Part shown: piece by piece, positions 1-10,240 of the stretch
Position numbering within the stretch: the first letter of the stretch is position 1
Layout of the letters: every line of letters begins with the position of its first letter
IMG/VR virus record: IMGVR_UViG_3300030202_002822
Strand: one strand, 5' to 3'
Length of the DNA: 64,000 bases
DNA from: a virus
The notes under the pieces: model-generated
Database searches by the model: none
What the model was told of the DNA's origin: nothing
Seen by the model: the letters and a program-made list of their open reading frames with translations, nothing else
Position numbers and translations under genes: made by a program

Positions 1-1
1 A

Positions 2-190
2 ACCTTTGATAACATTATATTTAATAATGCTACAGTTCAGATTGATATGACCGACGAATCAGGTAGGGGCACAACGTTCTTAGAAAGTAATGCAGTAAAG
101 GCTATTAATGACCAAAACAGAGTAAACGAAGCTCTTGAAAGTCTAAATAGACTACCAGGCGTTAATGGAAACGCTAATCAAAATAATTAA
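2..190 (+). CDS. C-terminal end of upstream gene, probably DnaB-like replicative helicase (partial)
   Basis: Open frame from the window edge (TFDNIIFNNATVQIDM...) to TAA at 188-190. It resembles the C-terminal strand of phage DnaB-like helicases and lies next to the nrd genes. Confidence 0.45.
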   Translation, partial: TFDNIIFNNATVQIDMTDESGRGTTFLESNAVKAINDQNRVNEALESLNRLPGVNGNANQNN

Positions 191-207
191 ATTAAATTAA
201 ATTAAAT

Positions 208-1221
208 ATGTATAAACTATTTGAAGATAGGGTTGAATACAAACCTTTTGAATTCCCAGAATACCACAAAGCTGGGTGGTTAACACAACAACAAGCGCAT
301 TGGTTACACACTGAATTGCCAATGCAGGGTGATATAAAAGACTGGAATGAAAAATTAAAACCACATGAAAAAAACTTAGTAGGTAACATACTATTAGGTT
401 TTGCTCAAACTGAATGTGCGGTACAAGACTATTGGTCAACATTTGTTACTAGATGGTTTCCTAAGCATGAAATAAAAGCAATGGCGATAGCTTTTGCTAG
501 TTTTGAAACAATCCATGCTGAAGCTTATTCGTACCTTAACGAGTCACTAGGTCTTGATAATTTTAAAGCATTTTTACACGAACCATCAATAGCTAATAAG
601 TTTGAATTCCTTATGGAAACCAAAAACGACTACACCTACAAAGATTTAGCTGAATCAAAAGAAGCTAGAACTGATGTAGCTAAAAGTCTTGCTATATTTT
701 CAGCATTTGCTGAAGGCGTTTCACTATACAGTTCATTTGCTGTTCTATATTCTTTCCAATTAAGAAATTTACTTAAGGGTGTAGGTCAACAAATGAAGTG
801 GTCAGTAAGAGATGAATCATTACATTCTAAAATGGGTTGTAAATTATTTACCCATATGTGTGAAGAATACCCAGAATTATCAGAAGAAGTAAGTAAAGAT
901 GTTTTTGAAGCAGCTAGACTTATAGTTGAAATGGAAGAGAAATTTATTGATAAGATGTTTGAAATGGGTGACTTAGAAAACCTTAAGGCTTCTGATTTAA
1001 AAAACTTTATTAGACAAAGAGCTAATGAAAAACTAGGTGAATTAGGGTATAATGCAACACCAGGTGGTGACTATTATTTTGAGTATGATGAAGAGTCTGC
1101 TGAAAATCTAGAATGGTTCTATCATTTAACTGGTGGTGTTACTCACACTGATTTTTTTGCTATTAGACCAACAGATTATTCCAAGGCTGGTGAAGACGAT
1201 AATTGGGACGACCTATTTTAA
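208..1221 (+). CDS. nrdB: Ribonucleotide reductase class I beta subunit
   Basis: Ferritin-like ligand set: E69, ETIH with Y107, FAEG, RDESLH; C-terminal THTDFF...DY.K tail. Confidence 0.97.
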   Translation: MYKLFEDRVEYKPFEFPEYHKAGWLTQQQAHWLHTELPMQGDIKDWNEKLKPHEKNLVGNILLGFAQTECAVQDYWSTFVTRWFPKHEIKAMAIAFASFETIHAEAYSYLNESLGLDNFKAFLHEPSIANKFEFLMETKNDYTYKDLAESKEARTDVAKSLAIFSAFAEGVSLYSSFAVLYSFQLRNLLKGVGQQMKWSVRDESLHSKMGCKLFTHMCEEYPELSEEVSKDVFEAARLIVEMEEKFIDKMFEMGDLENLKASDLKNFIRQRANEKLGELGYNATPGGDYYFEYDEESAENLEWFYHLTGGVTHTDFFAIRPTDYSKAGEDDNWDDLF

Positions 1222-1259
1222 TAAAATTAAATAAATTAACAAAATAATAATAATAAATT

Positions 1260-3128
1260 ATGGATAAACGTAATTTGGATAAAACAGAATCTGAAGTAAT
1301 ATCAGAACAAATTAAAGAAGGACAATTCAAAGAATCATCAAGTAGAGATGTTAAATCTTTATTAGAAAACTTAGGATGGGAAAAAGGTGTAGATGTTCCA
1401 GAATGGGGATGCACTGAAGTATATATAAAAACAATAAGTAAGGGTTACTTATTAGAAGGTGAAACACCAAAAGACGCATATTGGAGAGTTGCCACAACCG
1501 TAGCAAGAAGACTTGCAAAACCAGAATTAGCATCAAAATTCTTTGATTATATATGGAGGGGTTGGTTATGTTTAGCAACGCCTGTACTATCTAACACAGG
1601 AACAGAAAGAGGATTACCTATTTCATGTTTTGGTGTTGATGTAGCTGATTCTATATTAGATATAGGTCAGAAAAACTTAGAAATGATGCTTTTAGCTAAG
1701 CATGGTGGTGGAGTAGGTATCGGTATTAACCAAATAAGACCAGCTGGGGCTAACATAACTGGAAACGGAACATCTGATGGTGTTGTACCATTTATAAAGA
1801 TGTATGACTCTACAATACTAGCGACTAATCAAGGAGCTGTAAGAAGAGGTGCTGCTTCAGTAAACATGAACATAGAGCATGATGACTTTTGGGACTGGTT
1901 AGAAATAAGAGAACCAAAAGGTGATGTAAATAGACAATGTTTGAACATGCATCAATGTGCGGTTGTATCTAACAAATTCATGAGAAAAATTGAAAAAGGT
2001 GATGTTGAATCCAGAAAAAGATGGAGTGCTTTAATTAGAAAAAGAAGACAAACTGGTGAACCATATATTATGTTTAAGGGTAATGTAAATAATCAAAACC
2101 CAGAAGCATATAAAAAGAATAACTTAAAAGTATTCATGACTAATATATGTTCTGAAATTACTTTAGCTACTGATGAATCACATTCATTTGTTTGTTGTTT
2201 ATCTTCACTTAACTTAGCTAAATTTGACGAATGGAGAGATACTGATTTAATATACACAGCAACGTGGTTTTTAGACGGTGTAATGGAAGAATTTTTACAG
2301 AAAGCTAAGAACATGAGAGGTTTTGAAAATGCCGTTAGAAGCGCTGAAAAGGGCAGAGCGCTAGGGTTAGGTGTATTAGGTTGGCATAGTTACTTACAGA
2401 ACAGAGGACTACCTTTCGAAGGGTTATTAGCTCAATATGAAACTAGAAAGATATTTTCACAAATGAAATTAGAATCAGAAAGAGCTTCAAGAGCGCTAGC
2501 TGATGAGTATGGTGAACCGCTTTGGTGTACTGGTACAGGAATGAGAAACACTCACTTAAGAGCAATCGCTCCAACAGTGTCTAATTCAAAAAATGCTGGA
2601 AACTTATCTGCAGGTATTGAACCTTGGCCAGCTAACGTTTGGACCGAGCAGTCAGCTAAGGGTACATTCATTAGAAAGAATCCTTCATTAGAAAGGTATC
2701 TTAAAAAAATGAAACAAAATAATAAAGAAGTTTGGAATAAAATTCTTACTGATATGGGTTCAGTTCAAGATATTGATTTTCTTGATGAATGGGGATTTGT
2801 TGATGGTAAATTAAAGTTTATTCCAGAGTTACCTGAAGATTTTGACCTTAATGAAGTTATTAATTTTAAAGATGTGTTTAAAACATTCAAAGAGATAAAT
2901 CAATTAGATTTAATTAAACAAGCTGGGTTAAGACAACAATATATTGACCAGTCGGTTTCTTTAAATGTTGCATTTCCAACTCAAGCAACTCCAAAATGGA
3001 TTAATCAAGTCCATATGGAAGCATGGAAGTTAGGTATTAAAACTCTTTACTATATGAGAACAGAAAGTGTATTAAGGGGTGACATAGCTCAAGCAGCAAT
3101 GGTTGACTGTGAAGCTTGTGATGGGTAG
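1260..3128 (+). CDS. nrdA: Ribonucleotide reductase class I alpha subunit (no ATP cone)
   Basis: LATPVLSN, PISCF, TNICSEI, VCCLSSLNL, AIAPTVSNS, KTLYY and C-terminal CEAC motifs. Confidence 0.97.
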   Translation: MDKRNLDKTESEVISEQIKEGQFKESSSRDVKSLLENLGWEKGVDVPEWGCTEVYIKTISKGYLLEGETPKDAYWRVATTVARRLAKPELASKFFDYIWRGWLCLATPVLSNTGTERGLPISCFGVDVADSILDIGQKNLEMMLLAKHGGGVGIGINQIRPAGANITGNGTSDGVVPFIKMYDSTILATNQGAVRRGAASVNMNIEHDDFWDWLEIREPKGDVNRQCLNMHQCAVVSNKFMRKIEKGDVESRKRWSALIRKRRQTGEPYIMFKGNVNNQNPEAYKKNNLKVFMTNICSEITLATDESHSFVCCLSSLNLAKFDEWRDTDLIYTATWFLDGVMEEFLQKAKNMRGFENAVRSAEKGRALGLGVLGWHSYLQNRGLPFEGLLAQYETRKIFSQMKLESERASRALADEYGEPLWCTGTGMRNTHLRAIAPTVSNSKNAGNLSAGIEPWPANVWTEQSAKGTFIRKNPSLERYLKKMKQNNKEVWNKILTDMGSVQDIDFLDEWGFVDGKLKFIPELPEDFDLNEVINFKDVFKTFKEINQLDLIKQAGLRQQYIDQSVSLNVAFPTQATPKWINQVHMEAWKLGIKTLYYMRTESVLRGDIAQAAMVDCEACDG

Positions 3129-3147
3129 AAGCTCAAAATGTAATAAT

Positions 3148-3181
3148 AAAAGGTCTGATATAACATCAGACCTTTTTTTTT
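3148..3181 (+). terminator. Intrinsic terminator after nrdA
   Basis: AAGGTCTGAT/ATCAGACCTT hairpin followed by a T-run. Confidence 0.85.
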
Positions 3182-3212
3182 GTATTTACATTTCAAAAAC
3201 ATACCCTATATA

Positions 3213-3220
3213 TATTTATA
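3213..3220 (+). promoter_or_regulatory. Putative late-promoter motif TATTTATA at the head of the structural operon
   Basis: The same octamer recurs shortly upstream of many structural/late genes (see findings). Confidence 0.6.
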
Positions 3221-3236
3221 ATAAAGAAAATGCGTC

Positions 3237-3626
3237 ATGGCTGGTAATGGTAAGTTTATAAATATACAGTTTCCGTTTAAAGATAGTAACCTAGGTCACT
3301 ATTTAAAATTAAACAACGAAGACTCTTCTGCTATTAAATCAGATTTAATGCATTTGATATTAACAAAAAAAGGTGAAAGACTTTACATGCCAGATTTTGG
3401 TACAGACCTTCTTAAGTATATATTTGATTTAAATGATGAAGTAACCAAATCAAATATAAAAAACGAAATTAACGAAACAGTTAAAAAATACTTACCAAAC
3501 CTTGTAATAAATGATATTTCAGTTACAACTAGTGAGCGAAATGAGCATGTATCAATATTAAGGATAGATTACACAGTTACGGAGGATACATTTGCTGAAA
3601 CAGATTTTATATTACTCCAGATTTAA
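3237..3626 (+). CDS. Baseplate wedge protein, gp25/GPW family
   Basis: LILTKKGERLYMPDFGTDL motif, 129 aa, directly upstream of a gp6-like gene. Confidence 0.9.
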   Translation: MAGNGKFINIQFPFKDSNLGHYLKLNNEDSSAIKSDLMHLILTKKGERLYMPDFGTDLLKYIFDLNDEVTKSNIKNEINETVKKYLPNLVINDISVTTSERNEHVSILRIDYTVTEDTFAETDFILLQI

Positions 3627-3637
3627 AAATAAAAAAT

Positions 3638-5455
3638 ATGGCAAAAAAAATAAATTACTATACTAGAAACTTTGCTGATGTCAGACAAGAATTGATATCA
3701 TATGTAAAACAATATTATCCAGACACATTTAATGATTTTAACGACGCATCTGTAGGTATGATGCTTTTAGAATTAAATGCTGCCGTAGGGGATATGTTAT
3801 CGTTTCACACAGATAGGATGTTCCAAGAAACACAAATTGACTTTGCAAAAGAAAGAAGCTCAATATTGTCAATGGCAAGAACTTTTGGATTGAAGGTTCC
3901 AGGTAAAAGACCTTCAGTCACTATTGCTGATTTTTCGGTAAACGTACCAGTATTAGGTGATACTTTTGATATATCATACACACCAATAATTAAAAGAGGT
4001 GCGCAAATTAGTGGCTCAGGAAAAGTATTTGAAGCACTAGATGAAATTGATTTTTCATCACCGTTTACCACTGGTGGAATACCGAACAGGCTTGTAATAC
4101 CAAACCTAGATAGTAATGGTACAATTATAAACTATACTCTAACAAAAAGAGAGATGGTTGTAAATGGTACCACAAAAATATTTAAAAAAGTTATAACACC
4201 TTCAGATGTCAAACCATTCTTAGAAGTAATTCTACCAGATGATGATATATTATCAGTAAATTCTATAATAACTATAGAAGGTACAAATATAACAAAAACT
4301 CCAAGCACATCTCAATTCTACGATGAAGATATTAGATGGTACGAAGTAAGTGCATTAGCTGACGATATAGTATTTATACCAGACGACACGATAACTAGTG
4401 ACAACTCAACTGTTAAACCTGGTAAATTTAAAAGAGTCGACCAAAGATTTATAAAAGAATTTACAGATAACGGCTTCACTAAGATAATATTTGGGGGAGG
4501 TAGTCAAGATATAAGTGCTTTGTGTGAATTTGATGTAGATAAATCACTAGTTGGTAGAATTGGAGATTTCATAAATAACTTATCGTTAGGGTCAACCTTA
4601 ACAGCCAACAACACAATGTTTATATCATACAGAGTGGGTGGAGGTTCAAGTACCAATATTGGACCTAATGTAATAACTAATGTTAATAGTGCCGAGCTAT
4701 CAATTAATGGTGCAAATAGTACAATTAATCAAAACGTTCGTAATTCACTAAAGGTAAACAACCCACTACCAGCTCTTGGGGGTAAAGACGAGCCTTCAAT
4801 TGAGGAATTAAGAAACCTAGTTAGATATAACTTTGCATCACAAGAAAGATGTGTAACTATTGAGGATTATAAAGTAAGAATCGGGCTTATTCCAGGTGAA
4901 TTTGGTGTACCATTTAGAAACAATGTAATTGAAGTACAAAATAAGATAAGAATATACACTTTAACTCTTGATGAAAATAGTAAGTTGAGTACAAACTTAA
5001 CATCTACACTTAGAGAAAACATTGGAACATATTTATCAAACTATAGAATGCTTAACGATTATGTTGAAGTTTCAAATGGTAAGGTATTTAATTTAGGTTT
5101 TGAAGTAGACTTATTTGTAGATAAACAATTTTCACAATCTGAAATAATAACTCAAGCTATTAATACCATTACAGATTATTTTGACATTAACAAATGGGGA
5201 ATGGGTGACAACATATACTTAGCTCAACTTATAGAACAAATAAACAATGTCTCAGGGGTATTAAATGTTGTAGATTTAAGAATATACAATAAAGTAGGTG
5301 GTGGTAAATACTCATCAAACGAAGTATCTCAACCATATATTAGTGACCAAACTAGACAAATTGATTTACTTGGTGAATACACTCTTTTTGGTGACCCTAC
5401 TGGTATGTTTGAAATTAAATTTCCTAATAGTGATATAAAGGTAAGGGTTAAATAA
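3638..5455 (+). CDS. Baseplate wedge subunit, T4 gp6/baseplate J-like
   Basis: N-terminal RNFADVRQEL...FNDASVG...LSFHTDR; GGKDEPSIEELR...ASQERCVTIEDY motif. Confidence 0.88.
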   Translation: MAKKINYYTRNFADVRQELISYVKQYYPDTFNDFNDASVGMMLLELNAAVGDMLSFHTDRMFQETQIDFAKERSSILSMARTFGLKVPGKRPSVTIADFSVNVPVLGDTFDISYTPIIKRGAQISGSGKVFEALDEIDFSSPFTTGGIPNRLVIPNLDSNGTIINYTLTKREMVVNGTTKIFKKVITPSDVKPFLEVILPDDDILSVNSIITIEGTNITKTPSTSQFYDEDIRWYEVSALADDIVFIPDDTITSDNSTVKPGKFKRVDQRFIKEFTDNGFTKIIFGGGSQDISALCEFDVDKSLVGRIGDFINNLSLGSTLTANNTMFISYRVGGGSSTNIGPNVITNVNSAELSINGANSTINQNVRNSLKVNNPLPALGGKDEPSIEELRNLVRYNFASQERCVTIEDYKVRIGLIPGEFGVPFRNNVIEVQNKIRIYTLTLDENSKLSTNLTSTLRENIGTYLSNYRMLNDYVEVSNGKVFNLGFEVDLFVDKQFSQSEIITQAINTITDYFDINKWGMGDNIYLAQLIEQINNVSGVLNVVDLRIYNKVGGGKYSSNEVSQPYISDQTRQIDLLGEYTLFGDPTGMFEIKFPNSDIKVRVK

Positions 5456-5515
5456 GTGTTCACTTTTTACATAAAAACACTATTTTTATGTTATAAAATT
5501 TTAAATTAGAAAAAC

Positions 5516-5845
5516 ATGGGTTGTAATTGTAAAAAAGATAGTAATGGTGTTAAAGTTGAAAAATCACCAAATAAAAAAAAGGAACCAATAGTTATTAAAT
5601 CTATAATCCTAGTAACTAAGACTATTTTATTCTTAATAGGTTCATTAATAACCTCATTAATCATTGTTCCTTTTTCAATTTACTTACTTTTCAAAATAAT
5701 TTTCCTAGATGAAGGTGTTGATGTAACTGATAGTTTAAAATCTATTGGTAAAATTCTTAAGAAAAAAGACAAAGATGAAGAAGATGATGAAGAAGAATAT
5801 AGTTTTGATGACGAAGACGAATTAGTACTATTAGATTCAGAATAA
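5516..5845 (+). CDS. Small membrane protein with MGCNCKK N-terminus and acidic tail
   Basis: Long hydrophobic segment, D/E-rich C-terminus, located in the structural operon. Confidence 0.7.
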   Translation: MGCNCKKDSNGVKVEKSPNKKKEPIVIKSIILVTKTILFLIGSLITSLIIVPFSIYLLFKIIFLDEGVDVTDSLKSIGKILKKKDKDEEDDEEEYSFDDEDELVLLDSE

Positions 5846-5855
5846 ATCCATATCA

Positions 5856-8800
5856 ATGTCAGACAATATTAGAATAAAAACAACAACAGGTAGGGGAAGT
5901 AAGAATATAAACCTAGAAATAAATCAAAAATTTGATTTTATAGAAATTCTTTCACTTAAAATTTCACAAGCTGAAGCGTATAGACGTTTTTGTTCTGATT
6001 ACGGTGTGGTAGTCGGTAGAGTTATAGTTAATAATGGAGTCGGTGTACCAAATGCTAAAGTATCAATATTTATACCAATAGATGAGATAGATTCAGAAAA
6101 TTCAGAAATTTTCGGATTATACCCATACGAAACAATAACAGACACAGACGATAAAGGAATACCATATAATCTTTTACCTAGAAATAATAGAGGAAAAGAT
6201 GAATGTTTTACACCAGTAGGTACTTTCCCAAGTAAGAGAGAAATACAAGACAACCCAGAATTAGATAGTGTATATTGTGATTATTATAAATTTACGACAA
6301 CAACAAATAATTCAGGTGATTTTATGATTTTTGGAGTTCCAGTAGGTACTCATTTTATACATGTTAATGCTGATATATCAGACATAGGAGCTCTTTCTCA
6401 GAGACCTTACGATTTAATACGAAACGGAGAAGATAGAGGTAAGTTTAATTCACCAACAAAGTTTAAGGGTAGGAGTGAAAACCCAATACCACCTCAATTA
6501 AAAACTGTATCCCCAACAAGTGTTACCGTTCCACCATTCTGGGGAGACACAGAAGAGTGTAGAATTGGTATAGCTAGGGCTGATATTGACTTAGCCACAA
6601 ATATAACACCTCAAGCCATATTCATGGGTTCAATCATAAGTGATAATGATAAACACGCATTAAATAAAAGATGTAGACCTAGAAAGAAATTAGGTAAAAT
6701 GGATGAAATTGTCACGGGTGATGGTAGAATAGAAATGATAAGGAAAACTAACACCGACAGAACTGAAAGATTTGATGTTGAAGGTGGTGAAGTAATTGAT
6801 GGTGACGGAACATGGGCATATCAAATACCAATGAATAGGGACTACATGATTACCGCTGAAGATGGAACTTTTATTCCATCAGAAGACCCTTCAAAAGGTA
6901 TTCCAACAAAAGCTAAGGTTAGGTTTAGAATCGGAATGAATACCCAAGGTGATGAAGGTAGGTTTAGAACGAGAGCAAAATTTTTAGTACCACACAATCC
7001 AGACACATGGGTTGACACACCTTCAAAGAAGGGTGTTGACTTTAGTTTTGATAGCACCACACATGATGACTACTTTACAGAATTATCTTGGAATAAAATA
7101 TATACTGTCAAGAATCACATAACTAGAACACAACCAAATGGTAATGCTGAAAATAGAAATTTTATAGGTCTTAAAAATGTTGATGACGCTAAGAATAGAA
7201 ACCCATTTCCATTTAACAGAATGGATAATGATGTAAACCCACTTTTTACTATACTTTGTGTAATAATTAAGATTATAGCAAGAATAGTTGGTATAATTAA
7301 TAGCATTATTATACCCCTAATCAATATATTAATTAGGGTTTTAAACGGTATAATGAAACGAGTTTGTCAAGTTATAGATAAGATAGGATACGCTTTATGT
7401 TACTTAAGCTTAACTCAAAAATGGGACAGCCCTTCTTGTAGAAATAAATATTGTATAGGTACTCCCGATGGGTATAAATGTGATTGTGAAGAAATTTTTA
7501 AATACATACCATATATAACGTTAACATGTAAAGCTGATGATTCAGGAAAGGAATACGCCCCAGGTGGTAAGTATGGCAAGAAAGCTAGAAGTGGTAAAAG
7601 GCTAGCATGGTTGGCAACTTATAAACGAAGAGACCCAGAAAACGAAGATGGACCAACAGTGGATACCCCTTTTCATTATCCTGACGACGGAGCTAAATCT
7701 CATGAATGTAACCCTGTTCAAAAAGCTACAATAGAAGGGTGTGATGCTGGTTGGTCTCATTGCCAAGCTCTTGCTCTAGCGGATGCTTTAGATGTATTTA
7801 AATTTGACTTCTATAACGATTGGATTAACGGCTCATTATATAGTTTTTTATTAAAATATAAAATCAAAAAACGTGGACGTGGTAAAGAAAAATTTTGTGA
7901 AGTAGACTGTGATAGCCCATCAACAGGGGTAGATAATAATAATGATGGAAACCCTGATAACAAATGTAAAAGAAATTATGTGGTTGATACATGTACTAAC
8001 GCAGAGCCACAGTCGGGTGGAGGGACATTTTGGTCTTCTTCATCCACAGGTGTTGGTAGTAAAGAAACAATATTAATAAGAAGTGGATATATTAAGAAAT
8101 ATGAAAATGAACTATATTACTCACCAATATCAAAAGATGGTGCTAAAAAACTATACGCTACAGATATTATTAATTTAGGTTCGGTATTTGAATGTGATTG
8201 GGAAGGCAAGCCAACCCTATATAAATACTTAACAGATACAACATTCAAAATCCCACCACTTGTTGCTGAGTACGAAACTAACCTAGATGGGTCAAATGGT
8301 GAAATAATAACAACAGGATTTGACACAGAGCTAGACGCAAGCTATACTCTTGGTCCTATATCCTTACCTGGTGGTAGCTCCGTATCATTACCAGTATCAT
8401 TACCTGGAATTGTTAGTTACGGTTTGATTGGTAATATAACATGTATTGGATTTCTTACTAATAGTAATAACTGTAACAATATAAGAAGATTATGTGAGCT
8501 AGGTGTAGGTCTAGACGAACTAAGAGAAACTAGTAAACCTAATAATTTAATTGGTAATGAAGATATTGAACAAGATTATGTACGAGGAATATTCACTCAT
8601 TTAAATACTCCGACATCAACAAATATACCTTCAATTAGAATCGATAAAACTAAATATCCAGACTATAAAGACACAGGTTATTATGATTTTAGAGACAGAG
8701 ACTCATCAGATGTAATATGGGGTTATGATAATTCATATTATTTTTACTTTGGACTTAATAAGGGCAAAACAGCACTAAGTAAAATGATGGGTAAATTCTT

Positions 8801-10220
8801 CACGCAATGCGTACCAGAACCAGATATAGACTTTTTTGTGTTTGCAACTGATATAACAAGCGACTTACTAAGTAACGGTTCGGGTGGTATAACAGTAGAA
8901 GCGTCTGGGGGTGTTGGACCGTATACATTTTTTTGGAACGGACCAACTATAGGTGGAATATCTTACCCGTTAACTAATAATACAAACGTAATAAGTGGTA
9001 CATATTCTGGCACCTATACAGTAACAGTAACTGATTCAGTTGGTAATGTTGCTGATGGTACGTTTGTAATTCCAGGGCCACCATCAACACAATGTGATGT
9101 ACAACACACTAATGTTACTAGTAGTGGTGGTAATGACGGTGAAATAACTGTAAATATAAGCAATGGTACAGCACCATATACCATGACGGTTTACAATTAC
9201 GACCCATCTGGTTCAGGAACAACACTATCACCTGTAGAACCAGCAACTAGCAACTCTAGTACTAGTAGGGTTGTTGATAACTTAATTAAGGGTTACTACA
9301 AAGTAGAGGTAACTGATTCTAGCACAATACAAACTAGTTGTGAAACGGTAGTTAATATTACCGAACCTCAATCTTTAAATATAGTATTAACACCATCTAA
9401 TGTAAGTTGTTTCGGTGAAAAAGATGGAAGTATTAGTTCATACATCAGTGGAGGTATTGGTCCATACAAACTACTATGGAATAACGGAAGCGCCTCAGGT
9501 TTTATAGATGGTCTAGATAAGGGTACATATACGCTCACAGTAACCGATAACGATGGAGCTGGGGTTCCAACATCAGTTTCTGAAACCATTACCGAACCAA
9601 CCGAAATAACTTTTGACACTCCAATCGTAACTAACGGTAATTGTAGTGGCTCAATAGGTAGTATAACAATAAATAATATTAACGGTGGAGCAGGGGCACC
9701 ATATACTTTAAAAATAGCTGACTCATCATACACCAAAACTGGAACCGCCTCTATTACACTAGATAATGACGGAGATGGATTACCAGAATCAATTGGTGGA
9801 CCAGCAGGTAAAAAGGGTTATGAACTTATAATTACAGATGTAAGTGGATGTACTAATACTGTATACTCAGAAGTATTTAATCCACTTACAGCTCTTTCAG
9901 CAACATTAACAAAGGACTCTACTTCAAGTCAACTTACAGTTACCATTAGTGGTGGTATACATAATACAGCTTCAGGTGATATATACAAATATACAACAGA
10001 ATGGTATAAAAATGGTTCTATTGCAGCATCAACCAAAACACTTTCTGGTTCAAATGATGTGTTTAACCTTCCACCTTCTTTACCACCTATAACCTCATCT
10101 GACGGTACAACCGTAAACCAACCAGATATAATTTACAAGGTTAAAGTTAGGGATAAAAACGGAGATTCGGGTGCTTGTGAAATTATTGAAACAATTTCAG
10201 TAGCTCAAAATTACTATTAA
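5856..10220 (+). CDS. Large virion structural (baseplate/tail) protein with C-terminal SprB-like repeats
   Basis: 1454 aa; N-terminal prealbumin-like motif (VVGRVIVNNGVGVPNAKVSIF); Cys-rich middle; repeats of G.I.V...GG..PY...W....YT.TVTD type. Confidence 0.75.
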   Translation: MSDNIRIKTTTGRGSKNINLEINQKFDFIEILSLKISQAEAYRRFCSDYGVVVGRVIVNNGVGVPNAKVSIFIPIDEIDSENSEIFGLYPYETITDTDDKGIPYNLLPRNNRGKDECFTPVGTFPSKREIQDNPELDSVYCDYYKFTTTTNNSGDFMIFGVPVGTHFIHVNADISDIGALSQRPYDLIRNGEDRGKFNSPTKFKGRSENPIPPQLKTVSPTSVTVPPFWGDTEECRIGIARADIDLATNITPQAIFMGSIISDNDKHALNKRCRPRKKLGKMDEIVTGDGRIEMIRKTNTDRTERFDVEGGEVIDGDGTWAYQIPMNRDYMITAEDGTFIPSEDPSKGIPTKAKVRFRIGMNTQGDEGRFRTRAKFLVPHNPDTWVDTPSKKGVDFSFDSTTHDDYFTELSWNKIYTVKNHITRTQPNGNAENRNFIGLKNVDDAKNRNPFPFNRMDNDVNPLFTILCVIIKIIARIVGIINSIIIPLINILIRVLNGIMKRVCQVIDKIGYALCYLSLTQKWDSPSCRNKYCIGTPDGYKCDCEEIFKYIPYITLTCKADDSGKEYAPGGKYGKKARSGKRLAWLATYKRRDPENEDGPTVDTPFHYPDDGAKSHECNPVQKATIEGCDAGWSHCQALALADALDVFKFDFYNDWINGSLYSFLLKYKIKKRGRGKEKFCEVDCDSPSTGVDNNNDGNPDNKCKRNYVVDTCTNAEPQSGGGTFWSSSSTGVGSKETILIRSGYIKKYENELYYSPISKDGAKKLYATDIINLGSVFECDWEGKPTLYKYLTDTTFKIPPLVAEYETNLDGSNGEIITTGFDTELDASYTLGPISLPGGSSVSLPVSLPGIVSYGLIGNITCIGFLTNSNNCNNIRRLCELGVGLDELRETSKPNNLIGNEDIEQDYVRGIFTHLNTPTSTNIPSIRIDKTKYPDYKDTGYYDFRDRDSSDVIWGYDNSYYFYFGLNKGKTALSKMMGKFFTQCVPEPDIDFFVFATDITSDLLSNGSGGITVEASGGVGPYTFFWNGPTIGGISYPLTNNTNVISGTYSGTYTVTVTDSVGNVADGTFVIPGPPSTQCDVQHTNVTSSGGNDGEITVNISNGTAPYTMTVYNYDPSGSGTTLSPVEPATSNSSTSRVVDNLIKGYYKVEVTDSSTIQTSCETVVNITEPQSLNIVLTPSNVSCFGEKDGSISSYISGGIGPYKLLWNNGSASGFIDGLDKGTYTLTVTDNDGAGVPTSVSETITEPTEITFDTPIVTNGNCSGSIGSITINNINGGAGAPYTLKIADSSYTKTGTASITLDNDGDGLPESIGGPAGKKGYELIITDVSGCTNTVYSEVFNPLTALSATLTKDSTSSQLTVTISGGIHNTASGDIYKYTTEWYKNGSIAASTKTLSGSNDVFNLPPSLPPITSSDGTTVNQPDIIYKVKVRDKNGDSGACEIIETISVAQNYY

Positions 10221-10240
10221 TTAATCAGTTACTTTAAGAT

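Noticed and set aside
208-3128. Introns or inteins in nrdA/nrdB
   Set aside because: Both ORFs are continuous, of compact length, with motifs in the expected order.
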